Assembly: GCA_951406725.2 (NCBI GenBank)
Contig: OX597823.1
Coordinates: 81,344,001-81,408,000, forward strand
Origin: Octopus vulgaris
Lineage: Eukaryota
Direction of reading: 5' to 3'
Length of the DNA stretch: 64,000 nt
Part shown: piece by piece, positions 13,259 through 25,909 of the stretch
Layout: every line of letters starts with the position of its first letter
Numbering within the stretch: position 1 is the first letter of the stretch
Notes under the pieces: model-generated
The model's input: only the letters and a program-made list of their open reading frames with translations
Databases searched by the model: none
What the model was told of the DNA's origin: nothing
Made by a program: the position numbers and the translations under genes

Positions 13259-14806
13259 TGTGTGTATGTATGTATGTATATATATTGTTATCAAAATAAG
13301 CAACTTATATAATACCGCACTAAATTCTGGTGCCTCAACTTAAGTAACATATTCATCTGAATCTATATAGTTAGATAGATAGATAGATAGATACACACAT
13401 ACATATACATGTATTTATATATCTTTATGTATACATGTGTATAGATATGTGCATATTTACATATACATATATATGCACATATGCATGTATGTATGTATGT
13501 ATGCATGTATGTATGTATGTATCTATCTATCTATATACATATATATATGCCAGAACCATCTAATTGGCCCTCGTGCCGGTGGCACATAAAAGCACCTACT
13601 ACACTCTCAGAGTGGTTGGCGTTAGGAAGGGCATCCAGCTGTAGAAACTCTGCCAGATCATGATTGAAGCCTGGTGCAGCCATCTGGTTCGCTAGTCCTC
13701 AGTCAAATCTTCCAACCCATGCTAGCATGGAAAGCGGACGTTAAACGATGATGATGATGATGATGAAGATATATAGTAAAGTTTATTTGCCAACATAATG
13801 TGGCAGCCCTATACAAGGACAATGTTATTGTTTTTTAACCCCAGGAAAACATCTTTTCTAGTTGGCTACCGACACAGAGTTTGTACCCATATAGTACATG
13901 CAAGGAAGGTCATTGCTCCCATCTTATGTGATACTCACAGACCTAGGTTTCTGAGTAGTTACCCATCCTCAGTGTGAAGCAATCTCCGGCTAGTAATGGG
14001 AGCTCTCTCCACTTACAAATTCTATATATCTTTTAAGTAACACACAATCGCTGATCTCATAAAGAGAAAAACAACTTGTATATCATCATCATCATCATCA
14101 TCGTTTATCGTCCGTTCTCCATGCTAGCATGGGTTGGACGGTTCGACCGGGGTTCTGGGAAGCCAGAAGGCTGCACCAGGCTCCAGTCTAATCTGGCAAT
14201 GTTTCTACAGCTGGATGCCCTTCCTAATATATATGTATACATATATATATACACACAAGGTTACAAGGTGGTGCCCCGAGCATAGCCGCTGTCTAATTAC
14301 TGAAAGAAGTAAAAGAATACATACATCATTATTATCATCATCATTATCATTTAACATCTGTTTTCCATGCTGGCATTGGTTGGATGGTTTGATAGGGTCT
14401 GGTCAGGCTTCATAGTCTGTTTTGGCAGGGTTTTTACGGCTGACTGCCCTTCCTAACACCAACCACCTTAGAGAGTATATATATATATACACACATACAC
14501 ATAATACATGAATATATGTGTGTGTGTGTGTGTGTGTGTGTATACATAAGCAAACATTGGGACACAGTGCAGTCCACAGCCTTGTGGAACCCACTAAAAC
14601 CAACCCGCTCATGACAGCATAGAAGATGAACTTTAAATGATGATGATGTTGATGATCATACTGATGGTGATGATGTTGATATACACACATGCATATATGT
14701 ATATGTGTGTGTGTGTGTATTTGTATGTATCTGTGTACATATGTATGTAGATATATGCCTATAAGGTACTGTAGTACAAACAATATGCATAGAAATTAAA
14801 ACAAAA

Positions 14807-14871
<65 letters not shown>

Positions 14872-15000
14872 ACTTCTATTTTTAATTGGTAGATGATACA
14901 AAGTGACTCAAGAGCTGAGTGTCTGTGCTTGACATGTATCAAGTTTGAGAATCAAATTATTTTGTACTTTCTGCTGACTAGCAAAAAGATATGTATATGT

Positions 15001-15038
<38 letters not shown>

Positions 15039-15279
15039 TGTATTTACATGTTTGCATGTAGACGTTTATACACACAGACATGTACACACACACACACATA
15101 CATATGTATATAAGTGTGGGTGTGGCTATGTGGTAAGAAGTTTGCATCCCAGCCACATGGTTCTGAGTTCAGTCTCACTGCATGGCATTTTGGACAAGCA
15201 TCTTTTACTATAGACCCAGGCCAACCAAAGCCTTCTGAGTGAATTTGTTAGACAGAAAAATGAAAGAACTCTGTTGTAT

Positions 15280-15313
<34 letters not shown>

Positions 15314-15864
15314 GAATATATATATTTATATATAGCAGGCTAGTCCGTTGCAGAGGTACCGGTTTACAGCTGATTGGACTGGAGCAATATGAAATGAAGT
15401 ATTTTGTTCCAGAACACAATACCCTACCTTGTATGGGAATTAAACTCACAATCTGGCAATTGTGAGTGCAACACCATAACCTCTTGACCATGTGCTTTCA
15501 CACACACACACACACACACATGCATGATGGGATTCCACACAGTATCTGTCTTTCAAATTCGCTCATCAGCCTAGGACCATAATGAAAAACATTTGGCGAA
15601 GGTGCTATATAATGGGATTGAACCTGAAAGTATGTGGTTGTAAAATGATCTTCTTAACCACACAGCCATGTCTGCTTACCAATCTGGCATAAGTTACGAC
15701 TGTGTTGAAGCAATTACATCCTGAAAAAACATATAAATAACTCAAAAAATATGTCTGTTATATTCACTTAATATTTATTTCTTGGAAAATGAATATGACA
15801 GACTTTTTTTAACGCTTTTTGTTTTTCAGTTGGTTAAATGGCTCTTCCACGAGGTAATTGCTAT

Positions 15865-16270
15865 GACATCATCATCATCATCATCATCATCATCGTCATC
15901 ATCATCATTGTCGTCATCATCATCATCATCATCATCATCGTCATTATCATCATCGTTGTCATCATCATTGTCATCGTCATCGTTATCATCATCATCATCA
16001 TCGTCATCATCATCATCTTCATCACCACCACCACCACCACCACCACCATCATCTTCATCATTTCCCGCAGCACTTCCTTCATCATCATCATCATCATCAT
16101 TTTTACCACCAACATCTGCTCCAGTATCAGTACCAGCATCAGCACCACCATGACCACCACCAACACAATGATGATGATCATGATGAATGATGATGACAAT
16201 GATAATGATGACCACCACACCACCACCACCACCACCACCACCACCACCACTGTGATGACAACGACCACCT
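15865..16270. repeat. (CAT)/(CAC)/(GAT)n compound tract
   Basis: Direct reading. Confidence 0.95.
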
Positions 16271-16329
16271 CTATGACTAAGTGTCAAAATGCTGACATCA
16301 TGACTATTGCTCAAGGCTCTGAGACATGA

Positions 16330-16530
16330 CAAAGACATCATGAAAACCAAGTTCCTCCAAACTGTAATAGTCTTTAGGCATGTCCCCAACGGGGGTGATG
16401 TCATGCACCTGATATCTTTGAACAGGACCTTAAACATAGATAGCTATGTGAAGCTGCTGGAGACAGTAGTCAAACCATAGCTGGAGAGGGTTGCTGCTGG
16501 GAGGCCATATGTATGACAGCAGGATTCAAC
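16330..16530 (+). mobile_element. DD37D transposase fragment
   Basis: MKTKFLQTVIVF..GDVM..YVKLLETVVKP*LERVAAGRPYV*QQDS, homologous to 57740-58075. Confidence 0.7.
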
Positions 16531-16534
16531 TCTT

Positions 16535-16651
16535 TGGAGTTCAGTCCTGCTGTGTGACACCTATAGCCCCAGGTTGACCAAAGCCTTGTGAGTGGATTTG
16601 GTTGATGGAAACTGAATGAAACCCATTGTATCTATGTATGTACATATCTAT

Positions 16652-16693
<42 letters not shown>

Positions 16694-16900
16694 CTTTGTG
16701 TCTGTGTTTGTGTCACCCTGCCCCCAACCAGTGCTGGTATGTTTACATCCCAGTAACTTAGTGGTTCTGCAAAAGTGACTGACAGAATAAGCACCAGGTT
16801 TTAAAATAAGTACTGGGGTTGATACATTCAACTAAATATTCTTCAAGGTGGTACCTGCCCCAGCATGGCCACAGTCGAATGACTGACAGAAGTAAAAGAT
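16535..16900 (+). mobile_element. SINE family S1
   Basis: Same body and tail. Confidence 0.8.
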
Positions 16901-17682
16901 AAAATGATAAATATTAATGTAATATATCTTGATGCATAATAAAATTTTATTAACCAAAACAACAATACATTCCTGCCAACAAAAAACAAATCTATACAAC
17001 TTGGAAGCATAAAATTCCAGGGTCTTGAATCCAATAAATTCTATGAAGACATTTTGAGCTGATATTTAGTAGTGAAAGACTTTTTGTAGGAAGTTATTGA
17101 GATACTTAGAAAAAAATGATAGTGAGTCAAAGAACAGTCTGGGAAATAAGTTGGATTTCATCAGTTCATTATGTTGGCATCCTGTGTTTTTTGTTATTTG
17201 CAACCCATCCCTTACATATATATCCTGTATTTTGCCATTAAATATGAGAGGTTATTAGAATGGTCACTTTTGTCAGAAATCTATACTACCTGCCAGGCAA
17301 CCTTATGCTCCAACCATTGTCACTCGACCAAAATCTACCAATGAAAAATTCATAAAAATAAAAAGAATAAATTGAATAAATTAATGCTTTACATTCCTTT
17401 CTAAACAACCATTTATCATTTTGGTGCATTGCCTGAAGGATTGGACATAACAAGGAATAGAAACCCAGAATTGTGATGGAGTGATTCATCAACTTTGAAT
17501 GAATAAATAAGCTTTATCCATCCTATTCACTCACACACACACATTTGTACATATATACATGTGTGTGTGTATGTGTGTGTGTGTGTGTATCAGAACAGTT
17601 TGATTCAAACTGTTCTGATGATCCATATATGTAACTTCCAATAAATGTGTTGATTGTCCTTTTTTGGTTCGTCCACTCACTC

Positions 17683-17718
<36 letters not shown>

Positions 17719-17889
17719 TCATGTATATATATATATATATATAATCTATAAGTTACTGGGATGTAAACATACCAGCACTAATTGGGGGCAGGGTGACACA
17801 AACACAGAAACAAAGACACACACACACACACACTCATAGATATGTACATACATAGATACAATGGGTTTCATTCAGTTTCCATCTACCAA

Positions 17890-17980
<91 letters not shown>

Positions 17981-18013
17981 CATGTATGTATGTGCATGTA
18001 TGTATGTATATAT

Positions 18014-18056
<43 letters not shown>

Positions 18057-18080
18057 CATGTATGTATGTATGTATGTATG

Positions 18081-18124
<44 letters not shown>

Positions 18125-18975
18125 AGTGAGAGAAAAGAGGGGGTTGCCAGAATTTTGGAAAAGGAGTTTTTTTTATTTAGTCTTTAATATGAGTTGTAGT
18201 TTCAAGTGATTTTTGTTGTTGTGTATCAATATGTAGCTCTGCTACAAATTCTTGCTATTTTCTTCTTGTTCATTTCTGTTGTTAAAGCAGCTTGCATATG
18301 AGTATTATTCACAGTTTAATCCGTATTGGGGAAGATTGTATCAAGTTTTGATGTGAGTAAATTCAGCTTTCTAGATATTTCTGTGATGAGTTCCTCTGTG
18401 TTTTTGGCGTCTCTCGGTTGCGAGCTTGATTCTGATCTATTCATTCTGACATCTTGTACATCCAAGTAGCTATGTATAAAGTGTTAAAAGTGATGTACAA
18501 ATATTGAAACTGAGAAAAGACAAGATCGCCAGACTAAATAAATAATGACTGAATAAAAAAATACTTTTTTTCCAAAATTCTGGCGGTCTTGTCTTTCCTA
18601 TGTATTCAATATTTGTACATCACTAAAGTAGTGAGCTGGCAGAAACATTAGCATGCCGGGTGAAGTGCTTAGTGGTATTCGTCTGTCTTTATGTTCTGAG
18701 TTCAAAATTCACCAAGGTTGATGAAGGGAAGAAGGAGAAGGTCGGTAGGAGTGAAGAGAAGAAAGGAGAGTAGGAGTGAGGAGAAGTAGGAGTCGGAGCA
18801 AGAGAGGAGTGGTGGGTGGGAGGATGTAGGTGTGAGGTAGAGAGAGGCGAGGGGATGAGAGTTGAGCCCATGTGGCGCAAAGGAGCGTAGAGAGAAGATT
18901 AATCCCTGTTCACGGTGCAAACGGGAGCCCGGATGGCCCCTGTGCAAGGACAATCCAATATATATATATATATAT

Positions 18976-19198
18976 ATTTCTTTACTACCCACAAGGGGCT
19001 AAACACAGAGAGGACAAACAAGGACAGACAAAGTCGATTATATCGACCCCAGTGCGTTACTGGTACTTAATTTATCGACCCCGAAAGGATGAAAGGCAAA
19101 GTCGACCTCGGCGGAATTTGAACTCGGAACGTAACAGCAGACGAAATACGGCTAAGCATTTTGCCCGGCATGCTAACAATTTTGCCAGCTCGCCGCCT
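18976..19198 (-). mobile_element. tRNA-derived SINE family S2 (central gactttgcctttcatcctttcggggtcgataaa..agtacc block, MetaSINE-like as recalled)
   Basis: ggcggcgagctggc head, gagttcaaattcc B-box; further copies at 2897-3115, 18625-18722, 49595-49780, 52800-52980, 58500-59060 and 59445-59580. Confidence 0.8.
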
Positions 19199-20029
19199 TG
19201 TATATGTATATATATATATACATATACACACTCACATAAACACACACACACACATTTTCATTTTATTATATATGATGGGCTTCTGTACAGCTTCATCTAC
19301 TAGATATTTCATTCACAAGGCACACTGGTTGACTCGAAGCTATAGTAGTAGAAGTCATTGCCTAAGGCTCCATGATATTGCAAAATATGCTTCATAAACT
19401 CACAACTATGGTTGCATCAATATGCACATATATTTGAAAACCATCTTTTCACATTACTTGCAATATAGTTTCTAATGCAGACATAGGTAACTGCATGTTT
19501 CAGTGTAACGTTACAAAAGTATGTACTAAATGCACTCATATTTTTAAAAACGAGAAGAAATGAGTGTGGATTTTCATTGCTTAATCAAATCCAACATTGT
19601 GTGGTTAAAAAGCTTGCTATGTACCCTCATGGCTTCTAGTTCAGTCCCCATGCATTGGGCCTTGACCAAGCGCCTGATCTAGTACTGAATGGACCAGTGT
19701 TCTGTGTGTGAATTAATCTGTCAGGTGGAAACTGTGTGGAAGCTTGTTTTATATATATATATATATATATATATCAAAAGGATGTGTTATAATACTATAC
19801 CACACATACAAAAGCAGCCATATGAACAATCCAACATACCTCCATCATCGGCTGCACCAAAGATATCATTATGGTTTCGACACGTGGGCAGCACCATTCA
19901 ATATGTATATATATATGCATGCATGTATGTATGTATGTATGTATGTATGTATGTATGTATGTATGTATGTATGTATGTATGTATGTCTGTATGTATGTAT
20001 ATATGTATATATGTATGTATGTATGTGTG

Positions 20030-20234
20030 ATCTCTTGAGCACCACCAGCTCAAATATTTTTTCCTCTGTCTTCCCTTCTTGGGATCTTTCCTTCTCCTTG
20101 TTTCCGACGAAGAGCTCCGCTCGAAACGTTAAACCCTCCTTCCCTTCTTTCCTGAGCGTCAATAATACCTTAATTGTTCCACGTCCTCGCGTTGCTGTTT
20201 TTTTCTCTTTTTTTCTGTTTTCTTGTTTGGATTA

Positions 20235-20238
<4 letters not shown>
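20030..20238 (+). mobile_element. Penelope-like pLTR remnant with a minimal hammerhead-like motif (family C; motif 20100-20134)
   Basis: GTTT-CCGACGA-A-GAGC tcc GCTC-GAAA-CGTT-AAAC, then cctgagcgtcaataatac; ends in (TA)n. Confidence 0.55.
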
Positions 20239-20265
<27 letters not shown>

Positions 20266-20434
20266 GTAAATATGAATATATACACAGAGAGGCATAACGG
20301 TGTGGTAAGAAGTTGGCTTCCCAACCACATGGTCCTGGGTTCAGTCCCTTTACATGGCTTCTACTATAGCCCTGGGCTTACCTAAGCCTTGTGAATCATT
20401 TACATACATACATACATATTTACATATATGCATT

Positions 20435-20840
20435 CTTTTATTCTTTTACTTGTTTCAGTCATTTGACAGCAGCCATGCTGGAGCGCTGCCTTAAGTCAAA
20501 CAGATCGCCCCACCGAGCTTATTCTTTGTGAGACTAGTACTTATCCTATCGGTCTCTTTTGCTAAACCACTAGGTTATGGGGAGGTAAACACACCAACAT
20601 CAGTTGTCAAGCGATGGTGGGGGAACAAATACAGACACACAAACACATACACACACATGCACGCATGCACACACACACACACATGACAAGCTTCTTTCAG
20701 TTTCTGTCTGCCAAATCCATTCACAAGGCTTTGATTGGCCTGAGGCTTATAGCAGAAGATACCTGCTCAAGTGGGACTGAACCTGGGACTATGAGGTTGG
20801 GAAGCAAGCTTCTTACCACAGAGCCACTCCTGCTCCTGCA
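20435..20840 (-). mobile_element. SINE family S1
   Basis: Full head-to-tail match. Confidence 0.85.
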
Positions 20841-20984
20841 TGTATATACATACATACATACATACATATATATATATGTATATATCATGTAAAGGATCAT
20901 GGGTAAGGCCAGAACAATGCAAAGTAAATGTTTGGGCCTTACACACGACCCTTTATACAGTATACTCTACACAATGCTTCACAG

Positions 20985-21034
<50 letters not shown>

Positions 21035-21063
21035 TATATATATATACATATATTATATATATA

Positions 21064-21099
<36 letters not shown>

Positions 21100-22216
21100 T
21101 ACATATATACATATATATATGTATGTATGGGAATATGTATGTATGTGTGTCTTTGTGTTGGTTTGTTTACATCCCCATAACTTAGCAATTTAGTAAAGAG
21201 ACCAATAGAATCAATAACAAACTTAAAATAAAAAAGACAAGACAATTTTTCAACTAAAATCCCTTCCTCAAGGTGATGCCCCAGTATGGCTGCTTTCCAA
21301 TGACTGAAACAAGGAAAAGATAAAAAAATAAATAAAAGATACAATATGGAATTGAAACTAAATTATAGTCTTGGCCTGACAGGAGAATTTTTATTTCTAT
21401 CCAAAAAGGAATGCATGCTCTATGTTTAGATAAAGAGATATTCATCTTATTCATACCCCTAATAGCTTTTATTGGTAAATTTGGGTTTTGCTTTTATTGG
21501 TGGGGTTTGGATTACACCCCAGAAAGATAAAGTTTAGCCTAATCCTTTAATAGTACAATCAGTTTGATATGAAGCTTGTTATGATATCGTAGCATCCCTT
21601 GATAAAGCACACTGGAGTTGTTTATTTTTCCATCTCAGGGTGTAGCATAAAATACACACACATACATACACTCACATGTATGTATATATATATATATATA
21701 TATATGTTTCTATGTGTGTATCTATCATCATCATCATCCCCATCATCATCATTGTTATCATCATCATAGTTTTAGCATCCACACTCCTATGCTTGCATGG
21801 GTTGAACATAGTTCTTTGAGGTAGGATGCCTTTCTTATTGCCAGCCTTCATCTATTTCCAAGGAACGTAATATTTCCTCACAGATGAATGCATATCTGTA
21901 CATATACTTATACATACATACATACATACATACATACCTGATACCAGTGCCGGTGGCATGTAAGAAAACCATCCGAACGTGGCCGTTGCCAGCACCACCC
22001 CGACTGGCCTCGTGCTGGTGGCACGTAAAAAGCACCATCTGTTCGTGGCCGTTGCCAGCCTCACCTGGCCCCCGTGCTGGTGGCACGTAAAAAGCACCAT
22101 CCGATCGTGGCTGTTTGCCAGCCTCGTCTGGCACCTGTGCCAGTGGCACGTAAAAAGTAGTCCAGCAGAACAAGAGTTCTTTAGCTTTCATCTTTTACTT
22201 GTTTCAATCATTTGAC

Positions 22217-22405
22217 TGCATGGCACCTTGGGCAAGTGTCTTCTACTATAACCTTGGGCCAACCAAGGCCTTGTGAGTGAATTTGGTAGACAGAAACTGG
22301 AAGAAGCCCGTTGTGTATGTATGTATGTATGTATGTATGTATGTATGTATGTATGTATGTATGTATGTATGTATGTATGTATGTATGTATGTATGTATGT
22401 ATGTA

Positions 22406-22472
<67 letters not shown>

Positions 22473-22730
22473 TTATGTATTTATTTATTTATTTATTTAT
22501 CTATTTATGTGTGAGTGTGTCTTTGTATCTGTGTTGTCGCCTCACCATTGCTTGGCAACCAATGATAGTGTGCTTATGTCTCCATAACTTAGTGGTTCGG
22601 CAAAGAGACCAATAAAATAAGTACTAGGCTGACGAAGAATAAGTCCTGAGGTCGGTATGTTTAACTAAAACCCTTTAAGGCAGTGCTCCAGCATGGTCGT
22701 AGTCAGATAACTGAAAAAGGTGAAGGAATA
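22217..22730 (+). mobile_element. SINE family S1 with expanded internal (TATG)n(TG)n
   Basis: Body and tail match. Confidence 0.8.
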
Positions 22731-22937
22731 TTTTCGTGCTCTTTTTTTCCCTTATTTTAAAAACATTTTACTTGTTTCAATCATTTCCGCATAGTGATCA
22801 TCCCTCTCATATGTATGTAATACAATTTACTGAACCATCAGATTTTAATATGCTAGACAACTGGTTTTAAATTGATGTTAATCAAATTGATATCCAATTT
22901 TTCACCCTCATTTTAAATTTACACACACACATATATA

Positions 22938-23280
22938 TATCAAATGGAAATTGTAGTTATGATGCTTGTGCCGGCGGCACGTAAAAAGCACCATCCGAAC
23001 GTGGCCGCTGACAGTGCCATCTTGACTGGCTTCTGTGCCGGTGGCATGTAAAAAGCACCAACCAATCGTGGCTGCTGCCAGCCTCCCCTGACACCTGTGC
23101 CGGTGGCACGTTAAAAGCACCCACTACACTCACGGGGTGGTTGGTGTTAGGAAGGGCATCCAGCCATAGAAACATTGCCAGATCAGACTGGGCCTGGTGC
23201 AGCCTTCTGGCCTCCCAGACTCCAGTTGAATCGTCCAACCCATGCTAGCATGGAAAGTGACGCTAAACGATGATGATGAT
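22938..23280 (+). mobile_element. Non-autonomous retroposon family S3 (internal gtgccggtggcac tandem modules, (GAT)n tail)
   Basis: gttaggaagggcatccagc..ccaacccatgctagcatggaaag..taaacgatgatgat; other copies at 1235-1575, 7060-7205, 13570-13768, 14085-14228, 21945-22158, 32258-32408, 34508-34865, 39765-39890, 59065-59440 and 62100-62420. Confidence 0.8.
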
Positions 23281-23427
23281 ATATATATATATATATATAA
23301 GCAATTATGCAGGTAAACAAATTGAATATAGAGTACAAACAACAGAAAATTATATATACTTCATTTTTGTACCTGGTTTGCAAGATTCTTTATGGGAATT
23401 CCTGTATTGAAACAAATTTTTTTGTGA

Positions 23428-23616
23428 CTAAGGTGAGTCATTATGGCAATATAATGAACACATGTACTGCTTCTATTCCACTCCTTTATACTCAGTCAAT
23501 TAGTTAAATATCTAATTAACTAATTTAGTTGGATATTTAACCAATTGTCTAATAATAAAGGAGCGGAATTGAACCAGTGCATGTGTTAATTATATTGGCA
23601 TAATGACTCTCCCTAG
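23428..23616. repeat. ~90-bp-arm imperfect hairpin (MITE-like remnant)
   Basis: ctaaggtgagtcattatggcaatataat...ctaattaa versus ttagttgg...attatattggcataatgactctccctag. Confidence 0.75.
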
Positions 23617-23620
23617 AACA

Positions 23621-25500
<1,880 letters not shown>

Positions 25501-25501
25501 G

Positions 25502-25909
25502 CGCACACGGGTGTGTATGTTCTACCTGAGAGGTTCCTGCTGGCACGGAAAGGAAGGTGCAGGCTGCCGCTTTGCACATCGGGGACCCTGCCACAGAGAC
25601 ACGAGGCAGATGGACAAACCATCAACACAAAGAAAAGGGATGGACTACGCACCACCTGCCCCAAAGCGGAGGTACGCAGATGTTGTGCGCGCCACAAACA
25701 GCCAACATGATGTTGTCGAAAGAGCAGCTGCTGAGCAACAATCTTTTTTGTGCATGGCACAAAAGATCGTACAGCAGCTGACCTGGCTTCATCAAACCCA
25801 AGCCCGCAGGTGGGACTACCCACTATATACCAGACCACCACAGCAAACAGACACAGGATGGACACCGCCGGCAACAACAACGTACACCTCACCTCGATAC
25901 TCCTACTGA
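25502..25909 (+). CDS. C-terminal part of LINE ORF1 with a CCCH-type zinc-finger-like motif
   Basis: Open frame [26 protein letters not shown]...RRYADVV..., stop at 25907-25909; overlaps the ORF2 start in another frame; 5' end cut by the TA tract. Confidence 0.7.
   Translation, partial: RTRVCMFYLRGSCWHGKEGAGCRFAHRGPCHRDTRQMDKPSTQRKGMDYAPPAPKRRYADVVRATNSQHDVVERAAAEQQSFLCMAQKIVQQLTWLHQTQARRWDYPLYTRPPQQTDTGWTPPATTTYTSPRYSY

Noticed and set aside
15782-16437. Poly-Ser/Asp/Pro low-complexity proteins
   Set aside because: Trinucleotide tract open in most frames; no splice or homology support
17278-17380. Possible terminal coding exon (KSILPARQPYAPTIVTRPK...)
   Set aside because: Only an AG and a short open frame; no recognisable homology or linked exon
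21945-22158. CRISPR-like palindromic repeats with spacers
   Set aside because: Spacers are homologous to each other, the array is part of a dispersed retroposon, there are no cas genes and the context is eukaryotic
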